Source: a virus
Lineage: Duplodnaviria > Caudoviricetes
Virus record (IMG/VR): IMGVR_UViG_3300035661_000004
Reading direction: 5' to 3' (one strand)
Length of the DNA stretch: 64,000 nucleotides
Positions 15,533-24,116 of this stretch are shown piece by piece. The notes beneath the pieces are model-generated. The model ran no database searches and was not told where the DNA came from. It worked only from the letters and a program-made list of their open reading frames with translations. The position numbers and the translations under genes are program-made. Positions within the stretch are counted from its first letter, which is position 1; each line of letters starts with the position of its first letter.

Positions 15533-16839
15533 GTCTTGGTGGTGGAGAAGAATGCGTGGAAAACGCCGAAGATGTCCCGCTCATGGTAGACTTGCTTGGA
15601 AGCGTGGTTGGGGTGCGCATCGCTGAGCGCCGAGTAGGTTGACCAGAGGCTATTGCGCGAGTAGTAGGACGGCGAGCTGTTCTGTGCTCCTTCCTGCTCT
15701 ACCTGCACGTAGGCGAAGTAGTTGACATACGGCAGGATGTCATCGATCAGCAGCTCGCTGCAAGTGCCGTTGTCGGTGCCTGTGTTGTCGCCGTCGGAGA
15801 CCTGCGCAACGTAGATGTTGGTCTTGCCTCTCAGGGACTCGATGCACTTAATTAGCAGGTCGAGCGCCGACGACACGATCGTGCCGCCGTTCTTGTGGGT
15901 GTTGAAGAACTCATCCTCGGGCAGCTCTTCGGCTTCAGTCGTGTGTGAGATGAAGCGCAGGTCGATCTGATCGTAGTTGCGGTCGAGGAAGAGGTACAGC
16001 AGGATGAAGAACTTGCGGGCGATGGTCTTCTCGCGTTCACCCATTGAGCCCGAGTTGTCCATCAGCATGAACATCGTAGCATGCGTCTTCGGCACCTTCT
16101 TCTCGATTCGAGTCCGAAAGCGGAGGTCAGATGAGTCAAAGAGCGGCAAGACGGTTTTACGGCGCAACAGCTCAGCGATCTGGTCACGTAGCTCGAACAC
16201 GCGCTTCGATGTCGGATGGTCAAGCGGTAGGTCGTTATCGACCATTTCAGCCGTGAGCCTGTTGAATTCCTCTTCGAGCTCCTTCAACTCAGCGCCGATC
16301 ATAGCGCCCGAGCTCAAGCGGCGGGCCTTCGAGTTCTTGTAGGAGCGGATCACCGACAGCCGGTTGGGCGAGCCTGCAACTTGGAAGCCTGCGTTCTCAT
16401 GCACGGTTTCCGTCTGCTTAGCCAGCAGGGTCTCGAGCATAAACGGCAGCTCGCAGTCCTCGAAGAGCATGTTGAGGAACTCGTCACGGGACAGCACTAT
16501 GCTAAACTCGTCCATGCCGTCAGGACCGTCACCTGCCCCACCGCTTTCGCCGCTCTCAGGCTTAGGCACTGTGTCGTACTCGACCCAGTCCTTGTTGCCT
16601 GGCAGGACCGTGTCTTTCATGCCGCCTTCACCGTAAGTGAACTGGGGCTCAGAGAGGTCACGCTTGGGAACGGTGACCTTGCCGCCGCCTCCCTTGATCG
16701 AGTCGAGCAGCTTGCGATCGCCTAGGATCTTCGGCAGCTGCTCTTTGATTGCACCCTTGTAGCGCCGCAGCAGCCTGCCGCGATTTTCAGAGGTTCGGTC
16801 GCGGTTTGCGGCCTTCCTGCGATCGATGATGATTGCCAT
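15529..16839 (-). CDS. yeaH: YeaH/UPF0229 (DUF444) vWA-like protein
   Basis: IIDRR...NRGRLLRRYK...EPQFTYG...MDNSGSMGEREK.IARKFF...GGTIVSSAL...SDGDN. Confidence 0.9.
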   Translation of the reverse strand: MAIIIDRRKAANRDRTSENRGRLLRRYKGAIKEQLPKILGDRKLLDSIKGGGGKVTVPKRDLSEPQFTYGEGGMKDTVLPGNKDWVEYDTVPKPESGESGGAGDGPDGMDEFSIVLSRDEFLNMLFEDCELPFMLETLLAKQTETVHENAGFQVAGSPNRLSVIRSYKNSKARRLSSGAMIGAELKELEEEFNRLTAEMVDNDLPLDHPTSKRVFELRDQIAELLRRKTVLPLFDSSDLRFRTRIEKKVPKTHATMFMLMDNSGSMGEREKTIARKFFILLYLFLDRNYDQIDLRFISHTTEAEELPEDEFFNTHKNGGTIVSSALDLLIKCIESLRGKTNIYVAQVSDGDNTGTDNGTCSELLIDDILPYVNYFAYVQVEQEGAQNSSPSYYSRNSLWSTYSALSDAHPNHASKQVYHERDIFGVFHAFFSTTKT

Positions 16840-16876
16840 GGTCTTCCTATTCCTCTGGTATGATTGTATCTATTGC

Positions 16877-17557
16877 TTAGACAATCAGTCCCCTTAACCC
16901 ACGGGGATCAAGCTCACCGTGGTAGTCAAAGTTGTCATTCAGCGCCTGCGTGAGGTGACCGTCTTGGAAGTAGCGCTGTACAAGAACCTGAATCGGTTGT
17001 GCGGCCTCGGCGTCAACCTTCAGCGCAGCGGCTTCAAAAATCTTGAGCAAGTGAAGGAACGCTGGGATGAAGATGCCTGAGCAAGTCAGCGAGCTGTTGC
17101 CAGCAACGTTGAGCGTGAAGTCCTCGCGATCGGCGATCTCAGCAAGCAGCCAAGCGACAGCGGCGTTGACCGTGTCTTGCTTGACCATTGTTCGCCACCC
17201 GTCACCACCTAGCACGAGCTTGTAGATCGGCTTCTGCGAGGTCTCTGCTGCGGCGATTGTTAGCCTTGTGCCGCTCGACTCCATGTCGTGCGCGATGATA
17301 AGCGTTGCGTCGCTCTCCTGCACGTTCTTGCGAGTGCGGTAGCTATAGCCACCGTGGCATTCGGTCAGGCCGAATGTCTTTGCCAGCGCAGGCTTGCCGC
17401 CGGCTGTGGTTTTAAAGCCAGTCGGGGCGAGGCCACCTGTGCGAAGGCCTACGCATTGTGCGGCTCGCAGGCCTGCGAGGTCAACCCCGGTTTGGCCGCC
17501 AGTTACGACGCGGAGATTGTGCTTCGTCGAGAGGGGGTTGTGCATGCGCGAGTCCAT
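16877..17557 (-). CDS. cpYpsA/SLOG (putative molybdenum-carrier-like) protein
   Basis: TGGQTGVDLAGL....GG.AP.G....Y..RT..NVQESDATL. Confidence 0.75.
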   Translation of the reverse strand: MDSRMHNPLSTKHNLRVVTGGQTGVDLAGLRAAQCVGLRTGGLAPTGFKTTAGGKPALAKTFGLTECHGGYSYRTRKNVQESDATLIIAHDMESSGTRLTIAAAETSQKPIYKLVLGGDGWRTMVKQDTVNAAVAWLLAEIADREDFTLNVAGNSSLTCSGIFIPAFLHLLKIFEAAALKVDAEAAQPIQVLVQRYFQDGHLTQALNDNFDYHGELDPRGLRGLIV

Positions 17558-17921
17558 TGTTCCAATTTTCGATTGCTGCTGTACGCGTGGGTCCTCGAGC
17601 TTCAACGTCACAGCCACCTTCTGGAAAGGAACAGCAGACAAGCCAAGTGCCGTCACGGCCAGCAGGGTAGGTAGTGTCAGAGAGGTCCTCGCTGGGCACA
17701 CGCCCACAGTGCGAGCAGGGTGCGATCAGCTCAGCCTCAAGCTCGTCGAGCTCAGCGAGCAACGATTCTAGCTGGCTATTCATGCCCTCGAGCTGCAGTT
17801 CATGCAACCGAGGGTCTACGTCTTCTGGGCAGCTAGCTTGACAGTCGGCGATGGCTAGCTTGAAGCTCCTAGCCGCGTCAACGGTTAGGTAATGCCGGTC
17901 GTACTTTACATCTGAGTGCAT
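17481..17921 (-). CDS. protein with C-terminal Lar-like Zn ribbon
   Basis: PCSHCG...C....GC...GPTRTAAIENWN. Confidence 0.5.
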   Translation of the reverse strand: MHSDVKYDRHYLTVDAARSFKLAIADCQASCPEDVDPRLHELQLEGMNSQLESLLAELDELEAELIAPCSHCGRVPSEDLSDTTYPAGRDGTWLVCCSFPEGGCDVEARGPTRTAAIENWNNGLAHAQPPLDEAQSPRRNWRPNRG

Positions 17922-18097
17922 TGAGCGATGCGAACTTGGGAGCCGGTGCCTTCGATGTTCAGCCTCAGCTGCTTGAGAGCGGCTTCGCATCGGTCCTTGG
18001 ACCCATGCTGTTGCTGAATCGTGGCCGTGGTCAGCTGACTGTTGGACGGACCTTGAACGGTAGACATGAAGGTGACGACAAAGATGAGGATGTACAT
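17906..18097 (-). CDS. small exported/membrane protein
   Basis: Hydrophobic N-terminus, GGAG RBS. Confidence 0.55.
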   Translation of the reverse strand: MYILIFVVTFMSTVQGPSNSQLTTATIQQQHGSKDRCEAALKQLRLNIEGTGSQVRIAQCTQM

Positions 18098-18250
18098 GGC
18101 GATCTCCTAAGACATTGCCAATTGTATCACATCCTCAATCTCCAGAGCCGTCGTAGCTTTTGTAACGGCCAAGCATGATGTTGACACATGCGGCGAGGGC
18201 GCCGACTATGATGACGCCTAAGGCGGCGACGGTGAGGAGGGTTGTGTTGC

Positions 18251-18571
18251 TCATTTCCAGAGTCCTTCTTTGATGTAGTGATCCCTCAAGTCCTCATAGG
18301 TCTTGTAGGGGCTTGCATAGAGGTACTCCTCCAGCTTGTCGCGGAGCGGAATCGTTTCGATCCGCAGCTCAGTGGTAGCCTTGCCGTTCTTCCACTGGCG
18401 TGGATAGTTCGTGTCATCCATCAGCACGTAGCTGCCGTAGGGGACTACGTTCGCCTTAGTGCAAGCGATGTAGGCCCTACGAGCAAGGTCGCTCGTAGGG
18501 AAGACAAGGGCAGGCCACTCCCGAGAGCCTGTGCCCCAGCTGCCTGGGACGTCGTCATACTGGAGTGGCAT
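18251..18571 (-). CDS. hypothetical protein
   Basis: Immediately downstream of yeaG. Confidence 0.6.
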   Translation of the reverse strand: MPLQYDDVPGSWGTGSREWPALVFPTSDLARRAYIACTKANVVPYGSYVLMDDTNYPRQWKNGKATTELRIETIPLRDKLEEYLYASPYKTYEDLRDHYIKEGLWK

Positions 18572-18575
18572 AGCT

Positions 18576-20507
18576 TTAGCTCGACTTGCGCACGCGCATG
18601 AACCACTCGCACAGGATGCGAGTTTGACGCTCGGTGTAGCCGCGGGTCCGCATGCGAGACAGGAAGTCGCGATGCTTCTTCGTGTCCTCTTCGGTGCGCT
18701 TCGGCGCGAACGAGATGACGGGCAGCAGCTCGTCGATGTTGCCGATCACGCGCTTCTCGATTGCGCTGCGGATCTTCTCGTAGGAGTTCCAAGCCGGCAG
18801 CTTCCCACCATGTTGCGCTTGGTAGCGGATGATGAAGTTGACGATGTCGTTCCGGAAGTCCTTGGGGTTGGAGATGCTTGCGGGCTTCTCCGTCTTGCTC
18901 AGCTCGCGGTCGAGGTCTTCGCGCTCGAGGACCGAGTTGGTCGACGGGTCACGGTAGTCGTCCTTGCCTTGCACCCAAGCGTCAGCGTAGTAGTAGTACT
19001 GCTCGAGCATGTTCTGGCACAGCTCGCTGTAGCTGTCCAGGAAGGCCGTGGTGATGTCCTTCTCCAGGAACTCGAGGTACTTCTCCTGCAGCACGCCGTC
19101 GATCAGCTCGATCAGGCCTTGCTCCTTCTCCTTCGGGAACTGCTCCTGCGGGATCTGGGTCTTCAGCACGTACATCAGGTGGATTGGGTTGGCTGCCTTC
19201 TCCTCGTTGTCGAACGCCAGGGTCTTCGACAGCATCTTGAAGGCGAAGCGGGTGCTCAGGCCCTCCATGCCTTCCTTGACGCCCGCATCATCGCGGTACT
19301 CTTGGATGGGCTTTGCCTTCGGGTCCTCGGCCTTGATGTTGATGCCGTCATAGACGCGCAGCTTCGAGAAGAGCGTGCTGTTCTGCGGCACAATCAGGCG
19401 GGACATGACGCAGAACTCAGCCAACATCTTCAGGGTGCCTGGAGCGATGCTGGCGGTGCGGCCGACTTCGGAGTTGCGGATGAGCTTCTCGTAGATCTGC
19501 TGCTCTTCGGTGACGCGCAGGCAGTACGGGACCTTGACGATGCAGACGCGGTCCAGGAAGGCCTCGTTGTTCTTATTGTTGCGGAAGGTGGACCACTCGC
19601 TCTCGTTGCTGTGGGCCAGGATGATACCGTCGAACGGGATGGAGCCGATGGCTTCGGTGCCGGCGTACATGCGCTCCTGGGTCGCGGTCAGCAATGGGTG
19701 CAGCATCTTGATCGGCGCCTTGAACATCTCGACCATCTCGACGATGCCGTTGTTGCCGCGGTTCAAGCCGCCTGAGAAGCTGTAGGCGTATGGGTGGTCC
19801 TGCTCGAACTTCTCAATCATGCGAATGTTCAGCTTGCCGACCATCGCGCTGACGTCCTGATTGTTCTCGTCGCCCGGCTCGACGCGCATCGAAGCTTGCT
19901 GACGCAGCTGCGACGGGTAGAGCTTGCGGACCTTCAGCCTGCCGATGCTGCCGACCTCTTCGAGCTTTTTGATCAGCCACGGAGACGGAATGGTGCGGAT
20001 GGCCGTGCGCGAGATGTTAAAGTCAGCTTCGAGCTTGTCTTGCAGCTCAGGGGTGTTGAAGATGGACAGTGGGCTCTCGAAGACAGGCGAGCCGTCAATG
20101 ACGTAGACAGGCTCCTGCTCCATCAGCTCGCGGAGGCGAGTCGCAATCGAGCTCTTGCCGCCGCCGACCGGGCCCAGCAGGTACAAGATCTGCTTGGACT
20201 CTTCGAGGCCGTCAGCCGCCGACCGGAAGTAGGCCACGATCTGTTCGACCGCGTCCTCCATGCCGTAGAAGTTGGCGAAGGCGGGATAGACCTTGATGGT
20301 CTTGTTGGAGAAGATCTGGCTCAGCCGCGGGTCGTTGCGGGTGTCAATCAGGGAGGGCTCTCCGATAGCCTTCAGCATCCGTTGCGCCGGCGAAGCATAG
20401 ACCGATGGGTCCTTCTTTGCCAGTTGGAGGAACTCGGTGAAGGTAAGGGTCTCCTCTTTCCGGGACTTGCTGAAGGATGTGTCGAAGTCTTCTAGAAGGG
20501 TCGTCAT
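18576..20507 (-). CDS. yeaG: PrkA/YeaG family AAA+ serine kinase
   Basis: LYLLGPVGGGKSS...EPGDENNQDVS.MVGK...YSFSGGLNRGNNG..EMVEMFKAPIKMLHPLLTATQE. Confidence 0.95.
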   Translation of the reverse strand: MTTLLEDFDTSFSKSRKEETLTFTEFLQLAKKDPSVYASPAQRMLKAIGEPSLIDTRNDPRLSQIFSNKTIKVYPAFANFYGMEDAVEQIVAYFRSAADGLEESKQILYLLGPVGGGKSSIATRLRELMEQEPVYVIDGSPVFESPLSIFNTPELQDKLEADFNISRTAIRTIPSPWLIKKLEEVGSIGRLKVRKLYPSQLRQQASMRVEPGDENNQDVSAMVGKLNIRMIEKFEQDHPYAYSFSGGLNRGNNGIVEMVEMFKAPIKMLHPLLTATQERMYAGTEAIGSIPFDGIILAHSNESEWSTFRNNKNNEAFLDRVCIVKVPYCLRVTEEQQIYEKLIRNSEVGRTASIAPGTLKMLAEFCVMSRLIVPQNSTLFSKLRVYDGINIKAEDPKAKPIQEYRDDAGVKEGMEGLSTRFAFKMLSKTLAFDNEEKAANPIHLMYVLKTQIPQEQFPKEKEQGLIELIDGVLQEKYLEFLEKDITTAFLDSYSELCQNMLEQYYYYADAWVQGKDDYRDPSTNSVLEREDLDRELSKTEKPASISNPKDFRNDIVNFIIRYQAQHGGKLPAWNSYEKIRSAIEKRVIGNIDELLPVISFAPKRTEEDTKKHRDFLSRMRTRGYTERQTRILCEWFMRVRKSS

Positions 20508-20669
20508 GTGATGTGGTCTTCCTATGAGATTACGGCCTATTACAAGCGGGTGTTGCCGCTATTGCAAGGGGTTTGGCATACCTTGCTGGAAATACGATTT
20601 TGATCTTAACACAAAAAGCTCTTAGAGAGCATTTAGCTCTTAAATATCAACACGAGAAGGGAGTCCCTC

Positions 20670-20957
20670 ATGGAATGGGTCACAGAACTAATTCATCAAA
20701 TCTTCACTGATGGTGCAGGAGCCATCAAGGCGATCCTGCTTCTCGTCTCAGCTGGTCTCGGCTACATGTACTTCACAGGCCAAAAGTCGGCTAAGGAGGA
20801 ACGTAAGGAGCTGATCGAATTGTTTCAGAAGCAGATCGAGTCCGACCACCGCGAGCTGATTGACATCATTGAGCGCTACCAAGAAAGTAACCTAAAAACG
20901 GTAGAGGCTATAAATGAGATCAAGGTGCTTGTCGCCACGATCGGCGCAAAGCTCTAA
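20670..20957 (+). CDS. single-TM coiled-coil protein (holin-like)
   Basis: N-terminal TM helix, charged C-terminus; TAAATA at 20641..20646. Confidence 0.6.
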   Translation: MEWVTELIHQIFTDGAGAIKAILLLVSAGLGYMYFTGQKSAKEERKELIELFQKQIESDHRELIDIIERYQESNLKTVEAINEIKVLVATIGAKL

Positions 20958-21023
20958 AAAGGTTTTGCTTAGCATAAGGGCCTCAGCTGAGGCCCTTTCC
21001 TACTGATACACACTGGAGATGAC

Positions 21024-21704
21024 ATGATCTTTAAGAAAGACCGCAGCGCAAAGCTGCAAGACCTAGCGGTTAGCGCAACGATGGCTCAACAACGTCAACG
21101 TTTGCAAGTGCTGAAGCAAGCTCTGCTTGCCGATAACGCTGCGTTGAATAAGTCTACTGAAGAGACCATTGCCGTTATCGCTGAAGTTTCTGAGAAGCTT
21201 AAGTCTGGCCTCAAAAAGCTCGATCAAAGCATCGGGCTATTCACCACAATGAAGGACGAAGGCGTAGCCTTTGTCGACTTTAAGGGTGATATCATCCATG
21301 TCAATCACGCGGGCGCCGAGCTACTAAACAGGCCCATTACCGAAATCATCGGGAAGCGCATTGACCACATCCTGACAGGCTCCCGCCGCAAGCGGATCTC
21401 AATCGCTGAATGCTCTAAGCTGATCATCAGCAAGGTCAAGGAAAGCGATGTCTGCACCTACAATGAGCTATGCGACACCGCTCGCACGGCGTACCTGCTA
21501 AAGACGCAGGAGGTAGCGATGCACCTTGACGAGCCTGTCTGCATCGTGCTCAAGTCAGGCGACTCAATCCACCCGCTGCGCGTCATCATCTCCTTGCTAG
21601 ACACACAGCCTAAGGAGCTTGAGGACGTGACCTTCCTCTGCAAGATCGCGCAGATCGCTGGCTCACCTGCCCCAACTTACGAGCACGCACGCGTAGAAAT
21701 CTGA
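21024..21704 (+). CDS. coiled-coil plus PAS-domain protein
   Basis: EGVAFVDFKGDIIHVNHAGAELLNRPITEIIGKRIDHIL matches a PAS core. Confidence 0.7.
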   Translation: MIFKKDRSAKLQDLAVSATMAQQRQRLQVLKQALLADNAALNKSTEETIAVIAEVSEKLKSGLKKLDQSIGLFTTMKDEGVAFVDFKGDIIHVNHAGAELLNRPITEIIGKRIDHILTGSRRKRISIAECSKLIISKVKESDVCTYNELCDTARTAYLLKTQEVAMHLDEPVCIVLKSGDSIHPLRVIISLLDTQPKELEDVTFLCKIAQIAGSPAPTYEHARVEI

Positions 21705-22063
21705 TGTTTCAGCTGTTACAACAGCTCAGCGAAAGCTTCGAGAAGCAGAAGTTCAAGTCGCTAATGCTGCGTGTCCAGCAAGAATGCGAGGACGCTGACA
21801 TCGATGTCAAGCTGACCAAGTTCGGCGACGAGGATGGCCCGAGCTCAAACTTCACTGCGTCAAAGGCAGATACTAGCCTCAAGATGTGCATGCATGCACC
21901 AAACGAGTGGTTAGGCGGGCGGGCAGAGAACCTAGTCGTGCTGGCCATTGACTGGGACGGCGATAATAACTACGACGTTGACGGCGACTGCGTCTTTGAG
22001 CCTGCTGTTGCAGCTGACATCGTGAAGATGATCAAGCTCAACCTAGACTCGCTGGAGGAATGA
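21704..22063 (+). CDS. paralog family member 1
   Basis: LLQQL.E...LMLRVQQ...DIDVKLTK. Confidence 0.65.
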   Translation: MFQLLQQLSESFEKQKFKSLMLRVQQECEDADIDVKLTKFGDEDGPSSNFTASKADTSLKMCMHAPNEWLGGRAENLVVLAIDWDGDNNYDVDGDCVFEPAVAADIVKMIKLNLDSLEE

Positions 22064-22248
22064 TGTTTTGCCCTGCTACAACAGCTCGTCGAGTCTCAGG
22101 CGTTCAACGCACGCAAGTTTATGCTGAAGTTTCAACAGCTCGCGGAGGATGCCGAGCTCGATGTCAAGCTAACCAAGATGCTCACCGATCATGCTGACGG
22201 CGGGCATCATGTAAATGCCTTCTTCGTGTTAAAAGGGAGAGTTCGGTG
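22063..22248 (+). CDS. paralog family member 2 (extra T in ATGTTTT breaks the frame)
   Basis: Removing one T gives MFALLQQLVESQAFNARKFMLKFQQLAEDAELDVKLTK. Confidence 0.5.
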
Positions 22249-22274
22249 AGGAAAAATACCTATACGGGAGCGCC

Positions 22275-22646
22275 ATGAAGCTTAGCCAACTGCTCGAAGA
22301 GGCCTTCAACATCAGACGGCTCATGCTCAAGTTTCAACAGCTAGCAAGCGACGTTGACATCGATGTCAAGCTGACAAAGCATGACGAGCAAGATGACAAG
22401 ACTCAATTGCGCTACTTTGAAGCCAACGGGGAGCCGTTTGTTGCTTGCTTCTATTGGGTATCAGAGGACCCAACAGATGGGGCTCCCAACGATATCTGGG
22501 TGGCGCCGTATACAAACGGTGACCCACATGACATCAATAACTTTAGCCACTCAAATGCAGGCCATTTCAGCAATGCTGAAGGCTTAGTGAAAACTGTTAA
22601 GCTAATGCTAACGGTTGACCGTAGTCAACGGCACGAGAGCGATTAG
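22275..22646 (+). CDS. paralog family member 3
   Basis: MKLSQLLEE...LMLKFQQLASDVDIDVKLTK. Confidence 0.65.
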   Translation: MKLSQLLEEAFNIRRLMLKFQQLASDVDIDVKLTKHDEQDDKTQLRYFEANGEPFVACFYWVSEDPTDGAPNDIWVAPYTNGDPHDINNFSHSNAGHFSNAEGLVKTVKLMLTVDRSQRHESD

Positions 22647-22978
22647 CAAGCCGCTCGGTCGAGACGCTCTAGCGTGTAGGCGAGCACGCGATCGCCGGCA
22701 ATCAGGTTGTAGAGGCTCTCAGCATTCGTGAAGTCGAGGTACTCGTGACGAGAGCGCCTAACGGCATGACCGCCTGCTTCCCGCAGGCCGAAGCCGATAG
22801 CCCAGACATGCCTGTTGACTGTTAAGTCAGCTGTCGCTGTATAGCCTTCGGTCTCGTCATAGCGCCGCAGGTCATGGAGTGTAGCCTCCAAGCCACGCTC
22901 GATGAGCAGCTGTTGGACTTTGAGCAGGACCTCTCGCCAATCTCTGTTAGGTTTGACAGGAGGTCCTGATAGGCTCAC
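22643..22978 (-). CDS. hypothetical protein
   Basis: Coupled to yqeY-like gene; VLLKVQQLL resembles the paralog motif. Confidence 0.55.
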   Translation of the reverse strand: MSLSGPPVKPNRDWREVLLKVQQLLIERGLEATLHDLRRYDETEGYTATADLTVNRHVWAIGFGLREAGGHAVRRSRHEYLDFTNAESLYNLIAGDRVLAYTLERLDRAAC

Positions 22979-23424
22979 AGCAGCTGGACCTTGATGATGA
23001 AGGAGGCCATGGCGCCGTCGTAGAGCCCCGCGTGCTTCTCCTTCAGGCGCGGCATCACGTCGCTGATCTTGACCTTGTAGTCCACCGGGTTGGCGCCCTG
23101 CACGTCGGCGATGATTGCCTTGATCGCAGCTGTCAGCTCCTGCTCGTTCATCTGCGTCGGTAAGAACTTTTCATACAGCGCCTTCTCAGCCTGCAGCACC
23201 TGTTTGGTGGCTTCGTCAGCGACCTGGTCGATGGTCTGGTTGACGTTGTCACGGAAGGTCTTCAGCTTGCCGACAACGTCAGCGTCGGTGACGGCACGGT
23301 TGGCGTTCTTGGCCAGCGTGCCGATGTCACCCATCAAGGTGGTCAACGGGTTGACGATGGCAGCGTCGCGCAGCTTGCGAGCGGCGAGCTGGGCTTCCTT
23401 GATAGCAGCGTACAGGTCAGACAT
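22975..23424 (-). CDS. GatB/YqeY domain protein
   Basis: IKEAQLAARK.RD....L..L....TDADVV..L...EKALYEKFLPTQMNEQEL...IKAII. Confidence 0.8.
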   Translation of the reverse strand: MSDLYAAIKEAQLAARKLRDAAIVNPLTTLMGDIGTLAKNANRAVTDADVVGKLKTFRDNVNQTIDQVADEATKQVLQAEKALYEKFLPTQMNEQELTAAIKAIIADVQGANPVDYKVKISDVMPRLKEKHAGLYDGAMASFIIKVQLL

Positions 23425-23624
23425 GGAACCTCCGTGGAAAGTTCCATTGTACCGCTAACGGCGCTTTTTGTAAACCCGAATGTAGAGCTCGAAGCAGAGC
23501 ATCATGACTGCTCCAATCCAGAAGCCTTCGCTGCGATAAGCATCGTCAAACATGCCTGCAACCATCGAGCCACAGATGCCGCCGCAGCCCGAGTAAAAGA
23601 TCGTCTGAAAGACAGGGCTGTCCA

Positions 23625-24101
23625 TCACTTGCCTGTTTGCCTGCGGCCTGCTTGCCTGCGCATCTGGTTGATGTTGGCGACGGTGTAGTCGTTCTGCAGC
23701 TCGGAGATGAAGCGGATGTCCTCGTAGTAGGAGTTCCGGTCGCTCGCTGTAGCGAAGATGCGGCAGAATTGGATCTGAGTGTGGCCAGGCTGAAAGACCG
23801 AGGCGTAGATCTTGACAGGCTCTGAGAACGAGTCGCAGATGGTCTGCAGCTCGATGTCGAGCAGCTTGCCCTCCTCGTTGACTTCGGCTGTCATCTTGAT
23901 GATACCTAGGTCAAGCTTGATGTAGCCGGCGCGCTGGTTATAAGCAACAGCAAAAAGCTCAGGTACTTTGCTCACACGCTCGCGCTCAGCCTCCACATGC
24001 TCCTTGAGCTCAGGGATAGTCAACCAGCGCTTGAAGCCATCTGCTGCCGCGCCGATCAAGTCGGTACCTTGGTTCATCTTCGTAACTTCTCGAGTGATCA
24101 C
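23625..24101 (-). CDS. hypothetical protein
   Basis: TAAATA at 24114..24119. Confidence 0.6.
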   Translation of the reverse strand: MITREVTKMNQGTDLIGAAADGFKRWLTIPELKEHVEAERERVSKVPELFAVAYNQRAGYIKLDLGIIKMTAEVNEEGKLLDIELQTICDSFSEPVKIYASVFQPGHTQIQFCRIFATASDRNSYYEDIRFISELQNDYTVANINQMRRQAGRRQTGK

Positions 24102-24116
24102 GTTGTCGTCTCCTAT

